This document shows, piece by piece, positions 44,629-55,238 of a stretch of DNA of 64,000 nt. Where the stretch lies: assembly GCA_041742315.1 (NCBI GenBank), contig JBGSIX010000073.1, forward strand, positions 12,008 to 76,007, read 5' to 3'. The number at the start of each line of letters is the position of its first letter. Within the stretch, counting starts at the first letter, position 1. The position numbers and the translations under genes are program-made. Under the pieces are notes generated by a model. It saw only the letters and a program-made list of their open reading frames with translations. It was not told the DNA's origin and searched no databases. The stretch is from Phycisphaerales bacterium (GTDB lineage Bacteria; Planctomycetota; Phycisphaerae; Phycisphaerales; UBA1924).

Positions 44629-46998
44629 TTAACTAGACTTCCGGGTTTGGAGTTTCAGGCGCAGCGCGTTCCCAATTACTGACACCGAGCTGAAGCTCAT
44701 CGCCGCGGCGGCGATCATGGGGCTGAGCAGAACGCCAAAGAACGGGTAAAGCACGCCGGCAGCAATCGGAACGCCTGCAGCATTGTAAACGAAGGCGAAG
44801 AAGAGATTCTGGCGGATGTTCCGCATCGTGGCTTTGCTCAGCTCTCGAGCCCGAACCAGCCCGTTGAGGTCACCACCGACGAGCGTGATAGCGGCGCTCT
44901 CGATCGCGACGCCAGCCCCAGTGCCCATAGCAACACCGATGTCGGCCTGGGCGAGCGCCGGGGCGTCGTTGACCCCGTCACCTGCCATAGCGACCTTGTG
45001 ACCCTCGTCCTGGAGCTTGCGGATGACCTCGGCCTTCTGGTCTGGTAAGACTTCGGCCTCAATACGGTCGATCCCGAGTTGTCCCGCGATTGCCTCGGCG
45101 GTCGTGCGATTGTCGCCTGTCAGCATGACGACAATCAACCCGCTGTCGTGGAGCGCGTCGATCGCGTCCTTTGTGGTCTCCTTGATGGGATCTGCAACGG
45201 CAAGCAAGGCCGCGAGTTGACCATCAATCGCGGCGAACATCGCTGTCCCACCCTTCTGACGCTGCTCATCGGCGCGCACTTTTAATGCTTCCACATCGAC
45301 GCCCTCATCCTGCATCAGTGCCGGCGAGCCAATGGCGACACGAGCACCGTCAACCGTCGCGGCTATGCCCTTGCCTGTGATACTTTCAAAGTCCGATGCC
45401 TCGAAGCGCTCATCGGTTCGGCTTTCGAGATCCGAAACGATCGCCTCCGCGAGCGGATGCTCTGACCCGCGTTCTGCGGCAGCGAGCAGCGCGAGCACGC
45501 GGGTTTCGTCATTTCCTTCAATGACTTCTGACAAGACAAGCTGGGGCTTGCCTTCGGTCAGGGTGCCGGTCTTGTCGACAACGATAATGTCGATCTTCTC
45601 GAAAATCTCGAGGGCCGAGGCGTTTTTTACGAGCACGCCCTGCTTGGCACCCTGGCCCGCGGCGACCATGATCGACATCGGAGTCGCAAGCCCGAGCGCA
45701 CACGGGCAGGCGATGATCAAGACCGAGACCGCCGCGACAAGTGCGTAGCTGAACGCGGGTGAGGGGCCAACGAGGAGCCACACCACAAAGGCGATGATCG
45801 CGACAGCAACAACGGCTGGAACGAACCATGCCGCGACCGCGTCGGCAACACGCTGGATCGGGGCGCGGGAACGCTGCGCCTCGGCGACCATCTGCACGAT
45901 CTGAGCGAGTGTTGTCTCCGACCCAGTTCGACGGACCCGCATGATGAACGAGCCGGACTTGTTGACCGTGCCCCCGGTCACCTCATCGTCCTCACGCTTC
46001 TCGGCCGGCACCGGTTCACCAGTGAGCATCGATTCATCGATGGTGCTTCGGCCCTCGACGACGATGCCGTCGATCGGGATTTTGTTGCCCGGACGGACGC
46101 GGACGCGGTCATCGGGCTGGAGATCTTCAACCGGGACATCCTTCTCGCTCCCATCCTCGGCGATCTTGCGGGCAACAGGCGGAGCCAGTTCGAGTAGTTC
46201 TCGGATAGCCCCCCCGGTCTGTCTGCGAGCCCTCAGTTCCATGACCTGCCCGAGGAGAACAAGCGTGACGATGACAGCCGCGGCTTCGAAGTACACACCA
46301 ACGCGACCCGAGTGCGTCCGTAGCGCCTCCGGGAAAAGTCCCGGCCAAACCGTCGCGACCACACTGAACGTATACGCGATCAAGACACCGATGGAAATCA
46401 GCGTCCACATGTTCGGTTGCACGGCCCGGATCGATCGTACGCCTCGTACGAAAAATGGCCAGGCGCACCACAGCACAACCGGCGTGGCCAGAGCCAACTC
46501 GATCCACTGGCTCACGGCGGGGGTTATCACAGATTCGAACGGGTGCCCGAAAATCATGCTCCCCATGACGTAGACCAAAAGGGGTGCTGAGAATACTAAA
46601 GCAATCCAGAATCTCCGCGTCATTTCGCGGAGTTCGGAGTCGTCCTGTTCTGCAGTTGCGTCGAGAGGTTCGAGCGCCATGCCGCACTTGGGACAGTCGC
46701 CCGGACCAACCTGCCGGACCTCCGGGTGCATGGGGCATGTATAGATCGCGTCCTTCGGGCCCGTTTGCTGGTTACTTCGTTTATTGTGGTCGCGATGGTC
46801 GCAGCAGGAGTGTTCGGCATTGCTGGTAGACTCCTCATGCGATACAACATACTGAGATGGATTCGCACGGAACTTCTGGGAGCAGCCCTTGGAACAGAAC
46901 AAGTATTCGTTGCCCTTGTAAACGGCTCGATCGGCTTCCTGACCTACCTTCACCGACATGCCGCAGACCGGATCGATATGAGTTCCGATTTCGCTCAT
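44629..46998 (-). CDS. copA: Copper-translocating P1B-type ATPase with N-terminal TRASH/YHS-like and Zn-ribbon-like metal-binding domains
   Basis: Motifs [19 protein letters not shown] and [16 protein letters not shown]. The N-terminus has DPVCGMSV...FCSKGC and [24 protein letters not shown]. Confidence 0.9.
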   Translation of the reverse strand: MSEIGTHIDPVCGMSVKVGQEADRAVYKGNEYLFCSKGCSQKFRANPSQYVVSHEESTSNAEHSCCDHRDHNKRSNQQTGPKDAIYTCPMHPEVRQVGPGDCPKCGMALEPLDATAEQDDSELREMTRRFWIALVFSAPLLVYVMGSMIFGHPFESVITPAVSQWIELALATPVVLWCAWPFFVRGVRSIRAVQPNMWTLISIGVLIAYTFSVVATVWPGLFPEALRTHSGRVGVYFEAAAVIVTLVLLGQVMELRARRQTGGAIRELLELAPPVARKIAEDGSEKDVPVEDLQPDDRVRVRPGNKIPIDGIVVEGRSTIDESMLTGEPVPAEKREDDEVTGGTVNKSGSFIMRVRRTGSETTLAQIVQMVAEAQRSRAPIQRVADAVAAWFVPAVVAVAIIAFVVWLLVGPSPAFSYALVAAVSVLIIACPCALGLATPMSIMVAAGQGAKQGVLVKNASALEIFEKIDIIVVDKTGTLTEGKPQLVLSEVIEGNDETRVLALLAAAERGSEHPLAEAIVSDLESRTDERFEASDFESITGKGIAATVDGARVAIGSPALMQDEGVDVEALKVRADEQRQKGGTAMFAAIDGQLAALLAVADPIKETTKDAIDALHDSGLIVVMLTGDNRTTAEAIAGQLGIDRIEAEVLPDQKAEVIRKLQDEGHKVAMAGDGVNDAPALAQADIGVAMGTGAGVAIESAAITLVGGDLNGLVRARELSKATMRNIRQNLFFAFVYNAAGVPIAAGVLYPFFGVLLSPMIAAAAMSFSSVSVIGNALRLKLQTRKSS

Positions 46999-47025
46999 GG
47001 ATGTGCTCTCTTTGTGTCTTTCAGG

Positions 47026-47571
47026 TTACTCGGGGGTTGGCTCGAAGCTAGGGACGGCTCTGGACTCGGCTTCCTCTTGAGAGCGGGCGACGCCGTTCTG
47101 CCGGATGTCTCGGATAAGCCACTCCATCTCTTTGATTTCTCTGCGTTGGGCCTGAATGATTCCGTCCGCCAGTTCGCGAACGCGTGGATCCTCAATCTGA
47201 GCACGCTCGCTTGTGAGGATGGCGATGGAGTGGTGCGGGATCATGCCTTCCATATAGTCCGTGTCGCTCACGGTGATCTGGCTGCGGACGAGAGCGACAC
47301 CTCCCCCGATGAGCACAACACCGATTGCGAGAACGACTACATTCATCGTCTTGTATTTGTACATGCCGAGCATGAAGAGCAGCATGACGATGGCCATCCC
47401 GCCGCCCATGATCAGTGTCATGAACAGGCGGGTCTCACTGAACCATGCGTGCTCGATCAGCTTGTATGAATGAAGGTACATCAGTATGAACATGACAATC
47501 ATCGATGTGACAATCATCGCTGCAAACCGTACATATGAACCGCTATGCATTACTTCGAGTTGCTTGTCCAC
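47026..47571 (-). CDS. Membrane-anchored DUF305 domain protein
   Basis: GTG at 47571 lies 5 nt after AAAGGAG. An alternative ATG lies at 47550. Three TM segments are followed by GMIPHHSIAILTSERA and LADGIIQAQRREIKEMEWL. Confidence 0.7.
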   Translation of the reverse strand: MDKQLEVMHSGSYVRFAAMIVTSMIVMFILMYLHSYKLIEHAWFSETRLFMTLIMGGGMAIVMLLFMLGMYKYKTMNVVVLAIGVVLIGGGVALVRSQITVSDTDYMEGMIPHHSIAILTSERAQIEDPRVRELADGIIQAQRREIKEMEWLIRDIRQNGVARSQEEAESRAVPSFEPTPE

Positions 47572-47590
47572 GAGATCTCCTTTCTGAATC

Positions 47591-50500
47591 TCAATTCTCA
47601 GCGTGTAATTGCTCGCTAAGACGGAACTTCCACTCAGCACCCCAGCAGTAGAGGATGGGGACAACGAACCATGTGAACGAGGCGACCACCATTCCACCGA
47701 ACGTCGGGATGGCCATGGGAACCATGATGTCCGATCCTCGTCCGTTGCTTGTGAGCACGGGCAGGAGCGCGAGAATGGTTGTGGCACTGGTCATCACTGC
47801 GGCGCGAATCCGAAGTTGACCCCCCTCAACCACAGCCCTGCGGATTCCTTCGATCGAGTCTGGTCTGTCTTCCTTCATCGACTGCTCGATTCGAGTCGCC
47901 ATGATGACGCCGTCGTCGGTAGCGATGCCAAATAGAGCCAGGAAGCCAACCCAGACCGCGACACTGAGGTTGTACTGCTGTACATGAAAGAGCTCTCGGA
48001 GATTTGTCCCGAGCAGGTTTGAATCGAGGAACCAAGGCTGGGCGTAGAGCCAGAGCATTAGGAACCCGCCACCCCACGCAACGAAGACTCCCGTGAAAAC
48101 CATCATGGTTATGCTAACCTTGCGGAACTGAAAGTAGATCAGCAGAAAGATGATTGCCAGTGAAAGTGGAAGAACGACAATCAGTCGCTTCGCAGCTCTG
48201 ACCTGGTTCTTATACGATCCCGCGAACTCGAAACTGACACTCGCGGGTATCGTCAGCTCACCGGCATTGATCTTGTTCTGGATGAACTCACGAGCATCGT
48301 TTACGACGGTCACTTCCGCGAACCCGGGCTTCTTGTCGAACAGCACATAGGTGACGAGGAATGTGTCCTCGCTCTTGATCATCTGCGGCCCCCGTCGGTA
48401 TTCGACCGAGGCCAGCTCACCCAGTGGCACTTGGGCACCGCTCGGAGTTGGCACGAGAATGTCACCGAGCGTTTCGGGTTCGTCGCGCAGCTCACGTAGA
48501 TAACGGACACGCACGGGGAAGCGTTCGCGTCCCTCCACGGTCATGGTCAGCGGCTTGCCGCCAATGGCAACTTCAATGACCTCCTGCACATCCGCGATCT
48601 GGAGCCCGTAGCGAGCGATCTTCTCACGGTTGATCTCGATCTCCAGGTAAGGCTTACCCACGACCCGGTCCGCAAAGACCGCTGCCGGCTGGACACTGGG
48701 GACCTGCTTCAGCAGGCCCTCAAGAGCGAGTCCGAACGACTCGATAGATTCAAGATCGGCTCCGTACACCTTGATGCCCATCGGAGCCCGGAACCCCGAC
48801 TGCAACATGACAACGCGCGTCTCGATTGGCTGCAATTTCGGGGCGCTGGTGACACCCGGCATATCAGCCGCAGCAACGATCGCGTCCCAGATGTCCTGAG
48901 TCGATTCGATTTCATCGCGCCACTGGCGATACGGGCGTCCGCTTGAGTCAGGGATCAGTTCACCCTGCTCATTGCGCACGAACTGGTCGGTGTCCCTGTC
49001 GTAACGGAAGTTGAGCCGTCTCCCGCTCTCGTCGGTGCGGTACTCGTGCTTGTATTCGATGATTGTTTCGACCATCGAGATCGGAGCAGGGTCGAGCGGG
49101 CTCTCGACTCGTCCAATCTTCCCGACGGCCTGCTCGACCTCTGGCACACTCATGATGCGGCGATCGAGCTCTTTGAGAATCTCGGTCGCTTCACCGATCG
49201 ATGCGTGAGGCATCGCGGTGGGCATGTAGAGAAACGAGCCCTCGTCGAGCGAGGGCATGAACTCGCTGCCTAGGCCCGGAAAGGCATGAGCGACCTGTGT
49301 GACCGTCCCGTTCCGGCGCAACGAGTCGGGGAGCCAACCGAAGATTCTGTCAAAGCCGAGCCAGGATGTAGCGCCGATGAGGACAACGATGACCGCGGGC
49401 GAGAGGGCGACGAGTTTGTGTCGCAGCGCCCACGCGAGCACGGTCGGGAACGCCAGGCGGATCAGCCAGAAAGCGAACAGGATCCCACCAACGAACAGTG
49501 CGATGAAGAGTGCGTTGCCGAGTGTTCCCGGAATCGGGCCGAGGGGCATCCAAGCGTCCGCGAGCACGGTAAGCACGACGAGCACCACCACGAGATTGAC
49601 AATCCAGGTCGCCGAGCGAACAAACCGGCTGCGGGACCACTGAAGCAGCCAGGCGAACCGGCCTCGGTTTGGCAGACGCCAGCCCAGCAACACATGCGCC
49701 ACCGCGGGCAAGATCGTCACTGCGATGACAATCGACGAAATGAGCGCGAATGTCTTGGTGTAAGCCAGCGGCTTGAAGAGCTTCCCCTCGGCAGCTTCCA
49801 TCGTAAAGACAGGTAGGAATCCTACGATAGTGGTCGCGACCGCGGTCAGGACTGCTCCACCGACCTCGGCACTGGCTCTATAGACGACCTCCAATCGTCT
49901 CTCGCTCTCGTTCGCCTCTCCAAGACGGCGCAGGATGTTCTCCGTGAGCACGATACCCATGTCGACAATGGTTCCGATGGCAATGGCGATGCCCGAGAGC
50001 GCGACGATGTTGGCGTCAACGCGAAAGAGTTTCATGCCGATGAAAGTCATGAGCACAGTCAGTGGCAGCATCGCGCTGATCAGGAGACTGGTCCGCAGGT
50101 GCATGACCATTAGCACGACAACAACGACTGTGACGAGCACCTGCTGCACGATGGCAGAGTTGAGCGTTTGGAGCGTTTCCTTGATCAGACCCGTCCGGTC
50201 ATAAAACGGCACGAGCGTGACACGGCTCTCAGTGCCGTCGGCGAGGACCTTTCTTGGCAGCCCGGGTGCGATGTCGTTGATCTTGTCCTTGATGCGCTGA
50301 ATGGTGGCCATCGGATTCTCGCCGTAACGCACGACGACGACACCTCCGACGGCTTCCTCCCCGGCCTTGGTCAGCACGCCTCGCCGGAGCGCCGGGCCGA
50401 GTGAGACTTTGGCGATGCCGCTCAGGAGAATCGGCTGCCCGTCACGCGCGGCGATGGCGGTCTGCTCAATATCGACGACACTCCGGATGAATCCGAGTCC

Positions 50501-51286
50501 CCGGACGATGTACTCCGCTCGGTTCACCTCGAGCGTTCGGGCGCCAACATCCAGGTTGCTCTTGCGGACGGCGGCGATGATCTGCTCAAGCGACACGTTC
50601 GTCGCCCGCATCGCGTCTGGGTCGACATCGATCTGGTACTCCTGCACGAATCCACCGATGGACGCGACTTCCGCGACACCCTCAACGCCGGCGAGCTTGT
50701 ACTTGACGATAAAATCCTGGATGGACCGGAGTTCCTCGAGTCCCCAGCCGCCGGTGGGGTTGCCATTTGGGTCACGTCCTTCGAGCGTGTACCAGAACAC
50801 CTGTCCGAGCGCCGTCGCGTCAGGACCGAGCGCGGGTGAGACACCGGGCGGGAGCGTCCCAGCGGAAAGAGAATTGAGCTTCTCCAGCACGCGCGATCTG
50901 GACCAGTAGAACTCAACGCCTTCATCGAAAACGACGTAGATCGTGGAGAAGCCGAAGACCGAGTAGCTGCGGATGTCCTTGACCCCGGGGATGCCGAGCA
51001 ACGCCACGGTCAGGGGGTAGCTGATCTGGTCGTCAATGTCCTGCGGGCTGCGTCCGGCCCATTCGGTGAAGACGATCTGCTGGTTTTCGCCGATGTCTGG
51101 GATTGCGTCCACGGGGACCGGGCTGCGAGGAAGCCCCGCGATCTGCCAATCGAACGGCGCGACAAGCACGCCCCAGAAGACCGTGACCGCAAGGCCGATC
51201 GCAACGACCAGTTTCTGCTCCAGACAGAAACGGATGAGCGAATTGAGCGGGCTTCTGCTATTCTGGTGCGGTAGAGGATCACTCAT
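47591..51286 (-). CDS. CusA/CzcA-family heavy-metal efflux RND transporter, long form
   Basis: About 1230 aa. The TM4 region is LSGIAIAIGTIVDMGIVLTEN. There are extra hydrophobic segments and a soluble insert relative to pumps of about 1050 aa. ATG at 51286 lies 7 nt after GAGGGG. Alternative ATGs lie at 51292 and 51301. Confidence 0.9.
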   Translation of the reverse strand: MSDPLPHQNSRSPLNSLIRFCLEQKLVVAIGLAVTVFWGVLVAPFDWQIAGLPRSPVPVDAIPDIGENQQIVFTEWAGRSPQDIDDQISYPLTVALLGIPGVKDIRSYSVFGFSTIYVVFDEGVEFYWSRSRVLEKLNSLSAGTLPPGVSPALGPDATALGQVFWYTLEGRDPNGNPTGGWGLEELRSIQDFIVKYKLAGVEGVAEVASIGGFVQEYQIDVDPDAMRATNVSLEQIIAAVRKSNLDVGARTLEVNRAEYIVRGLGFIRSVVDIEQTAIAARDGQPILLSGIAKVSLGPALRRGVLTKAGEEAVGGVVVVRYGENPMATIQRIKDKINDIAPGLPRKVLADGTESRVTLVPFYDRTGLIKETLQTLNSAIVQQVLVTVVVVVLMVMHLRTSLLISAMLPLTVLMTFIGMKLFRVDANIVALSGIAIAIGTIVDMGIVLTENILRRLGEANESERRLEVVYRASAEVGGAVLTAVATTIVGFLPVFTMEAAEGKLFKPLAYTKTFALISSIVIAVTILPAVAHVLLGWRLPNRGRFAWLLQWSRSRFVRSATWIVNLVVVLVVLTVLADAWMPLGPIPGTLGNALFIALFVGGILFAFWLIRLAFPTVLAWALRHKLVALSPAVIVVLIGATSWLGFDRIFGWLPDSLRRNGTVTQVAHAFPGLGSEFMPSLDEGSFLYMPTAMPHASIGEATEILKELDRRIMSVPEVEQAVGKIGRVESPLDPAPISMVETIIEYKHEYRTDESGRRLNFRYDRDTDQFVRNEQGELIPDSSGRPYRQWRDEIESTQDIWDAIVAAADMPGVTSAPKLQPIETRVVMLQSGFRAPMGIKVYGADLESIESFGLALEGLLKQVPSVQPAAVFADRVVGKPYLEIEINREKIARYGLQIADVQEVIEVAIGGKPLTMTVEGRERFPVRVRYLRELRDEPETLGDILVPTPSGAQVPLGELASVEYRRGPQMIKSEDTFLVTYVLFDKKPGFAEVTVVNDAREFIQNKINAGELTIPASVSFEFAGSYKNQVRAAKRLIVVLPLSLAIIFLLIYFQFRKVSITMMVFTGVFVAWGGGFLMLWLYAQPWFLDSNLLGTNLRELFHVQQYNLSVAVWVGFLALFGIATDDGVIMATRIEQSMKEDRPDSIEGIRRAVVEGGQLRIRAAVMTSATTILALLPVLTSNGRGSDIMVPMAIPTFGGMVVASFTWFVVPILYCWGAEWKFRLSEQLHAEN

Positions 51287-53318
51287 GGTCATGCCCCTCA
51301 TGACCGCCTGAATGATCGTTGTTCAGAGGTGCAAACGATTGCCGGATCTCTCCGCAACGGAACATGCGTGAGCCAAGGTATGGATTTCGGATCTGCTCAC
51401 CTCGCTGGATCCAGTCGGCTCCCTTGTTCCCAAACGCCATCGGACAGTGAACGACATACCAGGTCTCGTTGCGTTCGTGTCCGAACTGTTCCTGCAGCGA
51501 GAGCACCGCTCTGCTCATGTCCTCGAACCGCATACGAGCCGATTCGAGGTCTTGGGGGGAGCCGTCGTGGCGGAGGTTCGCAGCTGCGAGTCTCCATGCG
51601 TTGAGCCGGAGCCTATCAAGACCGGCATCCTCAACAAATCCAATCGCGGTGCTTAGATCGCCAGCAGCGCGGTTGAAGCCATTCATGTCATCCGATGCCA
51701 GAGCTTCTTGTGCGTCGAGGTAACCCGCGTACACAGGTTCAAGCGCATGCACGAATGAAACGGGCACTCTGCCACTTTCGGTTATAGCTTTGTCAGCGCC
51801 GATCAACTTGTCGTGACCCGAATGGACGGAAGCAGTCTTCCCACCATCGGGCTTCATCATGCTGGGCTTGGCAGCGATCTGCATCGCACTGTCAATCCGG
51901 AAGGCGCCGCTCACGACGACCTGCTCGCCCTCTTCCAGCCCTTCACGAACGATGTAGAAATCACCCGCACGCGGGCCGAGCACGACTTCGCGGCCTTCGT
52001 AGGTCGGCGTTTCCGTATCCTCGACCGCGACGTACACCACCGATCGCTTGCCCGTAAAGAGCACCGCAGTCCGGGGCACTACGAGCGGCTCAACTGCTTG
52101 TGCAGGCTCGCCGACAATGCCCAGTGATTCCGCAGGGACGAGATCCATGCCGCAGATGTCACACTGGCCGGGTTCGTCCTTGACGATAGAGGGGTGCATG
52201 GGGCTCAGCCATCTCCCCGCGAGTTCATCGCCAACCACGGCACCAGTTTCAGAGATTCGGGGTCGTAATACGGCAGAGGCGAACATCCCCGGCTTGAGAC
52301 GGCGATCTTTGTTGTCGACCGCGACACGCACCGTAGCGGTGCGTGTCCGGTCGTCCACCAGCGTCTCGATGAAGGAGATCTGGCCCTCGAACGACTCACC
52401 GGGATGAGCCTCAACCGTGAAGGTGAGTTTCTGACCCCAGCGGAGCATCGGCAATTGCGATTCGTATGCCTCCAAATTGAGCCAGAGGCGAGAAAGATCC
52501 GCAACTGTTGCGATCGAAGAACCGGTGCTCACATAATCACCCTCGCGGACCGCAAGGTGCGTCACAACTCCGCCAATCGGAGCGAAGATTGTCAGCCGAT
52601 CTGATTGATACTCACCGCTCTCGATTTCGGCGATCTGTTCATCGGTGAGCCCGTACAGCCGTAGTTTGTCGCGGGAGGCAACAAGGGTGTCCCGCGTCGC
52701 GGATCGTACAATCTCGCTCATACTTTCTGAGCCGTTGCTCGCCGCGGTGATTTGTCTGAGTTCCTCAAATGCTGCGAGTAAATCTGGGCTATAGACCTCT
52801 GCGATGTGGTCGCTCTTTGAAACGATTACGCCCACGTAGTTCACGAATAACCGATCGATTCTGCCGGGGAAGTATGCGGTCAACCGTGCAACTGAAGTCT
52901 CGTCATAAGTTACCTTGCCATAGAGACGGGTCTCAGCGGTCGGGAAGAACCGTGCAACGGGCGTGGTCTCGATCTGGCTCATCGCTGCAGCCGATTCGCT
53001 AAGCGATAGTCGGAGCGGGTTGGATGCTCCCGCATGGTCCGTAACGGCGATCAGATCCATATAGCAGATCGGGCATTTGGCATCCGGGTCCGGGAGCCTG
53101 ACAGATGGGTGCATCGAGCAGGTGTACATCTGCGGCTCGGCACCGCCAGAGTTATGAGTATGTGCATCGATCGTTGGCGATGGCGTCGGATCCTTTGGGC
53201 TTCCAATGCGGTAGCCGATTACAAGCGCGAGCATGATCAACAGCAATGCGATCGCGGCAGACGTGTGCTTCCAGAGCCAGGCGGAGACCGTGCGGATTCG
53301 GTGAGATACTGTGCTCAT
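51279..53318 (-). CDS. Efflux RND periplasmic adaptor with two Zn-ribbon-like heavy-metal-binding domains and a C-terminal DUF3347 domain
   Basis: 679 aa. Contains YTCSMHPSVRLPDPDAKCPICYMDL and LSPMHPSIVKDEPGQCDICGMDLV. The C-terminus YVVHCPMAFGNKGADWIQRGEQIRNPYLGSRMFRCGE is DUF3347-like. Confidence 0.85.
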   Translation of the reverse strand: MSTVSHRIRTVSAWLWKHTSAAIALLLIMLALVIGYRIGSPKDPTPSPTIDAHTHNSGGAEPQMYTCSMHPSVRLPDPDAKCPICYMDLIAVTDHAGASNPLRLSLSESAAAMSQIETTPVARFFPTAETRLYGKVTYDETSVARLTAYFPGRIDRLFVNYVGVIVSKSDHIAEVYSPDLLAAFEELRQITAASNGSESMSEIVRSATRDTLVASRDKLRLYGLTDEQIAEIESGEYQSDRLTIFAPIGGVVTHLAVREGDYVSTGSSIATVADLSRLWLNLEAYESQLPMLRWGQKLTFTVEAHPGESFEGQISFIETLVDDRTRTATVRVAVDNKDRRLKPGMFASAVLRPRISETGAVVGDELAGRWLSPMHPSIVKDEPGQCDICGMDLVPAESLGIVGEPAQAVEPLVVPRTAVLFTGKRSVVYVAVEDTETPTYEGREVVLGPRAGDFYIVREGLEEGEQVVVSGAFRIDSAMQIAAKPSMMKPDGGKTASVHSGHDKLIGADKAITESGRVPVSFVHALEPVYAGYLDAQEALASDDMNGFNRAAGDLSTAIGFVEDAGLDRLRLNAWRLAAANLRHDGSPQDLESARMRFEDMSRAVLSLQEQFGHERNETWYVVHCPMAFGNKGADWIQRGEQIRNPYLGSRMFRCGEIRQSFAPLNNDHSGGHEGHDHE

Positions 53319-54743
53319 GGTGTGTCCCCTTCCGGGAGTAGGTCCGAGTCATCGGTTGCCAAGGTTTGACCCACAAGGCGATTGAGTCTTGCCAGGGCCT
53401 GCCCTCGGTCAGCGCGGGCGCGTTCGGTGGCGATGGCATACTCAAGCAGCGTGCGTTCGGTGTCGAGGAGATCGAGGAAGTTCTTTTCGCCCGCTCGGAA
53501 ACCGGCGAGCGAGGCACGCAGCGATTCCTCGGCCTTGGGGATGAGCGTGCCCTCGTAGAGCCGAACCCTGCGATTGGCGTCCGTGTGCTCGAACCAAACA
53601 CGCTGGATCGCCGAAGTGATCTTGTTCGACTCGTCTGCACGCGTGTGCGAGACTTCCAGGCGACGTGCGATCGATTCACGCACGCCCGCGTTGTACTTCT
53701 CGCGTGAAATCGGCAACGTCATCCCGAAGCTGAGCATGATCGGGTCGTCGCCGCTCTCAGGGATAGAGCTATTCATGGCCTCGCCCGTCACGATGTAATC
53801 GAGTCCGACACTCAGGTCTGGCATCCCGTTCAAGCGGGCGGCCTCGGTGCGGACGCGTTGCTCAGCGATCTGCTCGTCAAGTGCGAGCAATGTCGGGTTC
53901 ATCGTGCTCGCCAGCTCTGCGAGTTCTGGCCCATCCATAGACACTACACGCCCGGGCAGCTGGGCCATGGTTGGTACCGCGGTCCCGGTCGGTCGATTGA
54001 GGGAGGCGTTGAGCTCAGCGACGTAGGCGGGGCGCATCGAGCGGAGCTGAGTCAGCCGGTCCTCAAGCTGACCAAGCTCGACCTGGACGCGTGTGAGTTC
54101 GGGATGCGAACCGAGCCCGACGCTGTAGCGGATCCGCACGACCTCCTCGAACGATTGCAACAACTCGAGGTTCTCCTGCGTGATCCGCACGACCGCGTCG
54201 AGATAGACGAGTTCGTGCAGGGTTCGCACGACCCGCTCGGTGACCGCAAAGCGTTCGGCTTCGATGTTGAGCCAAGCGGCGCGCCGCCAAGGCTGCCGCG
54301 TCCTTTCGCTCACCGAGCAGCCCTGGCCAGGGGAACGCCTGGCTCACGCCGATCCGGGCGTGCTGGGGGCCGGTCCGGGTCTCCACCTCGTCGAGAAAGA
54401 ACCCGACATTCAATCGAGGATCAGGCAGCGCCCCGATCTGGGGCAGCCGCTCGGTGGAGGCGACCCATCGCTGATAAGCCGCCTCGACTGAAGGACTGTG
54501 ATAGAGCGCATATCGAACGTAATCGTCCGGCGACGCATCATCGGTCAGCCCTGGAGCAACGATCGATTCGCCGTCACGCTCCTCGGCTCGGTAGACGGAT
54601 GCGATGGCCTGTGAATTGTTCTGCTTTGCGGACTGGACGCGCAGTGAACCGCGTTCCCGTGGGGCATCGAAAGGCGATGAGCACCCCGTGAGAAGGCAAC
54701 TGACCACGGTCAACGCCGCCAATTGGGCGGGTCGGACGGCCAT
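53315..54743 (-). pseudogene. TolC-family outer-membrane efflux lipoprotein, interrupted by a frameshift
   Basis: ATG at 54743 follows AGGAG, with the lipobox LLTGCSS. The reading frame switches within the GC run near 54285 (...FPWPGLLGERKDAAALAARR | AAWLNIEAERFAV...). It is split between ORFs 54063..54764 and 53315..54313. Confidence 0.7.
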
Positions 54744-54830
54744 ATCAGGCTCCTGGATTGACAATCAGAAAACGTGACAACATGCTTCATGCGTTCAGTG
54801 CGGGCGCACTGTGACTATGGAAGCTCTGAG

Positions 54831-55238
54831 CTACGTTCGCCAGATGCCCAGGATGGCCCTGATTTCGTTGTGTGTCTTGTTCGCGTATCGGCTGTCGAAA
54901 TGGGTAGCAGAGATGATGGATTCGGAGTCGGGCTCGATCTGCTCGCGCCCAGGTGGGTCACAGATCTGGATGGCAACGAGGGAATCGCGGTCAGACCTTG
55001 GTAGCGGCGCTTCGGGTGCCCGCTTAGGTTGATCGGTCGGGTGGATCTCACAGCCACAACCAGTAATTGCTGTGTGACAGTTTGGAGCCTTCGGAGCGGG
55101 CTCACAGCAGTTGCTCTGGAGGGCTGGGACCGAGCACGATGAACCACTTGCCGGCTCGCTCGTGCCCATCCGTGGACCGGCTGCCACCATGAGCAGTGGG
55201 TGCCAGACCATCACCAAAATGACAAAAACACGCATCAT
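54831..55238 (-). CDS. Small secreted Cys-rich protein, first gene of RND operon 2
   Basis: Trimmed to the ATG at 55238, giving the signal-like MMRVFVILVMVWHPLLMVAAG. Contains SSCSVPALQSNCCEPAPKAPNCHTAITGCGCEIH. Confidence 0.4.
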   Translation of the reverse strand: MMRVFVILVMVWHPLLMVAAGPRMGTSEPASGSSCSVPALQSNCCEPAPKAPNCHTAITGCGCEIHPTDQPKRAPEAPLPRSDRDSLVAIQICDPPGREQIEPDSESIISATHFDSRYANKTHNEIRAILGIWRT

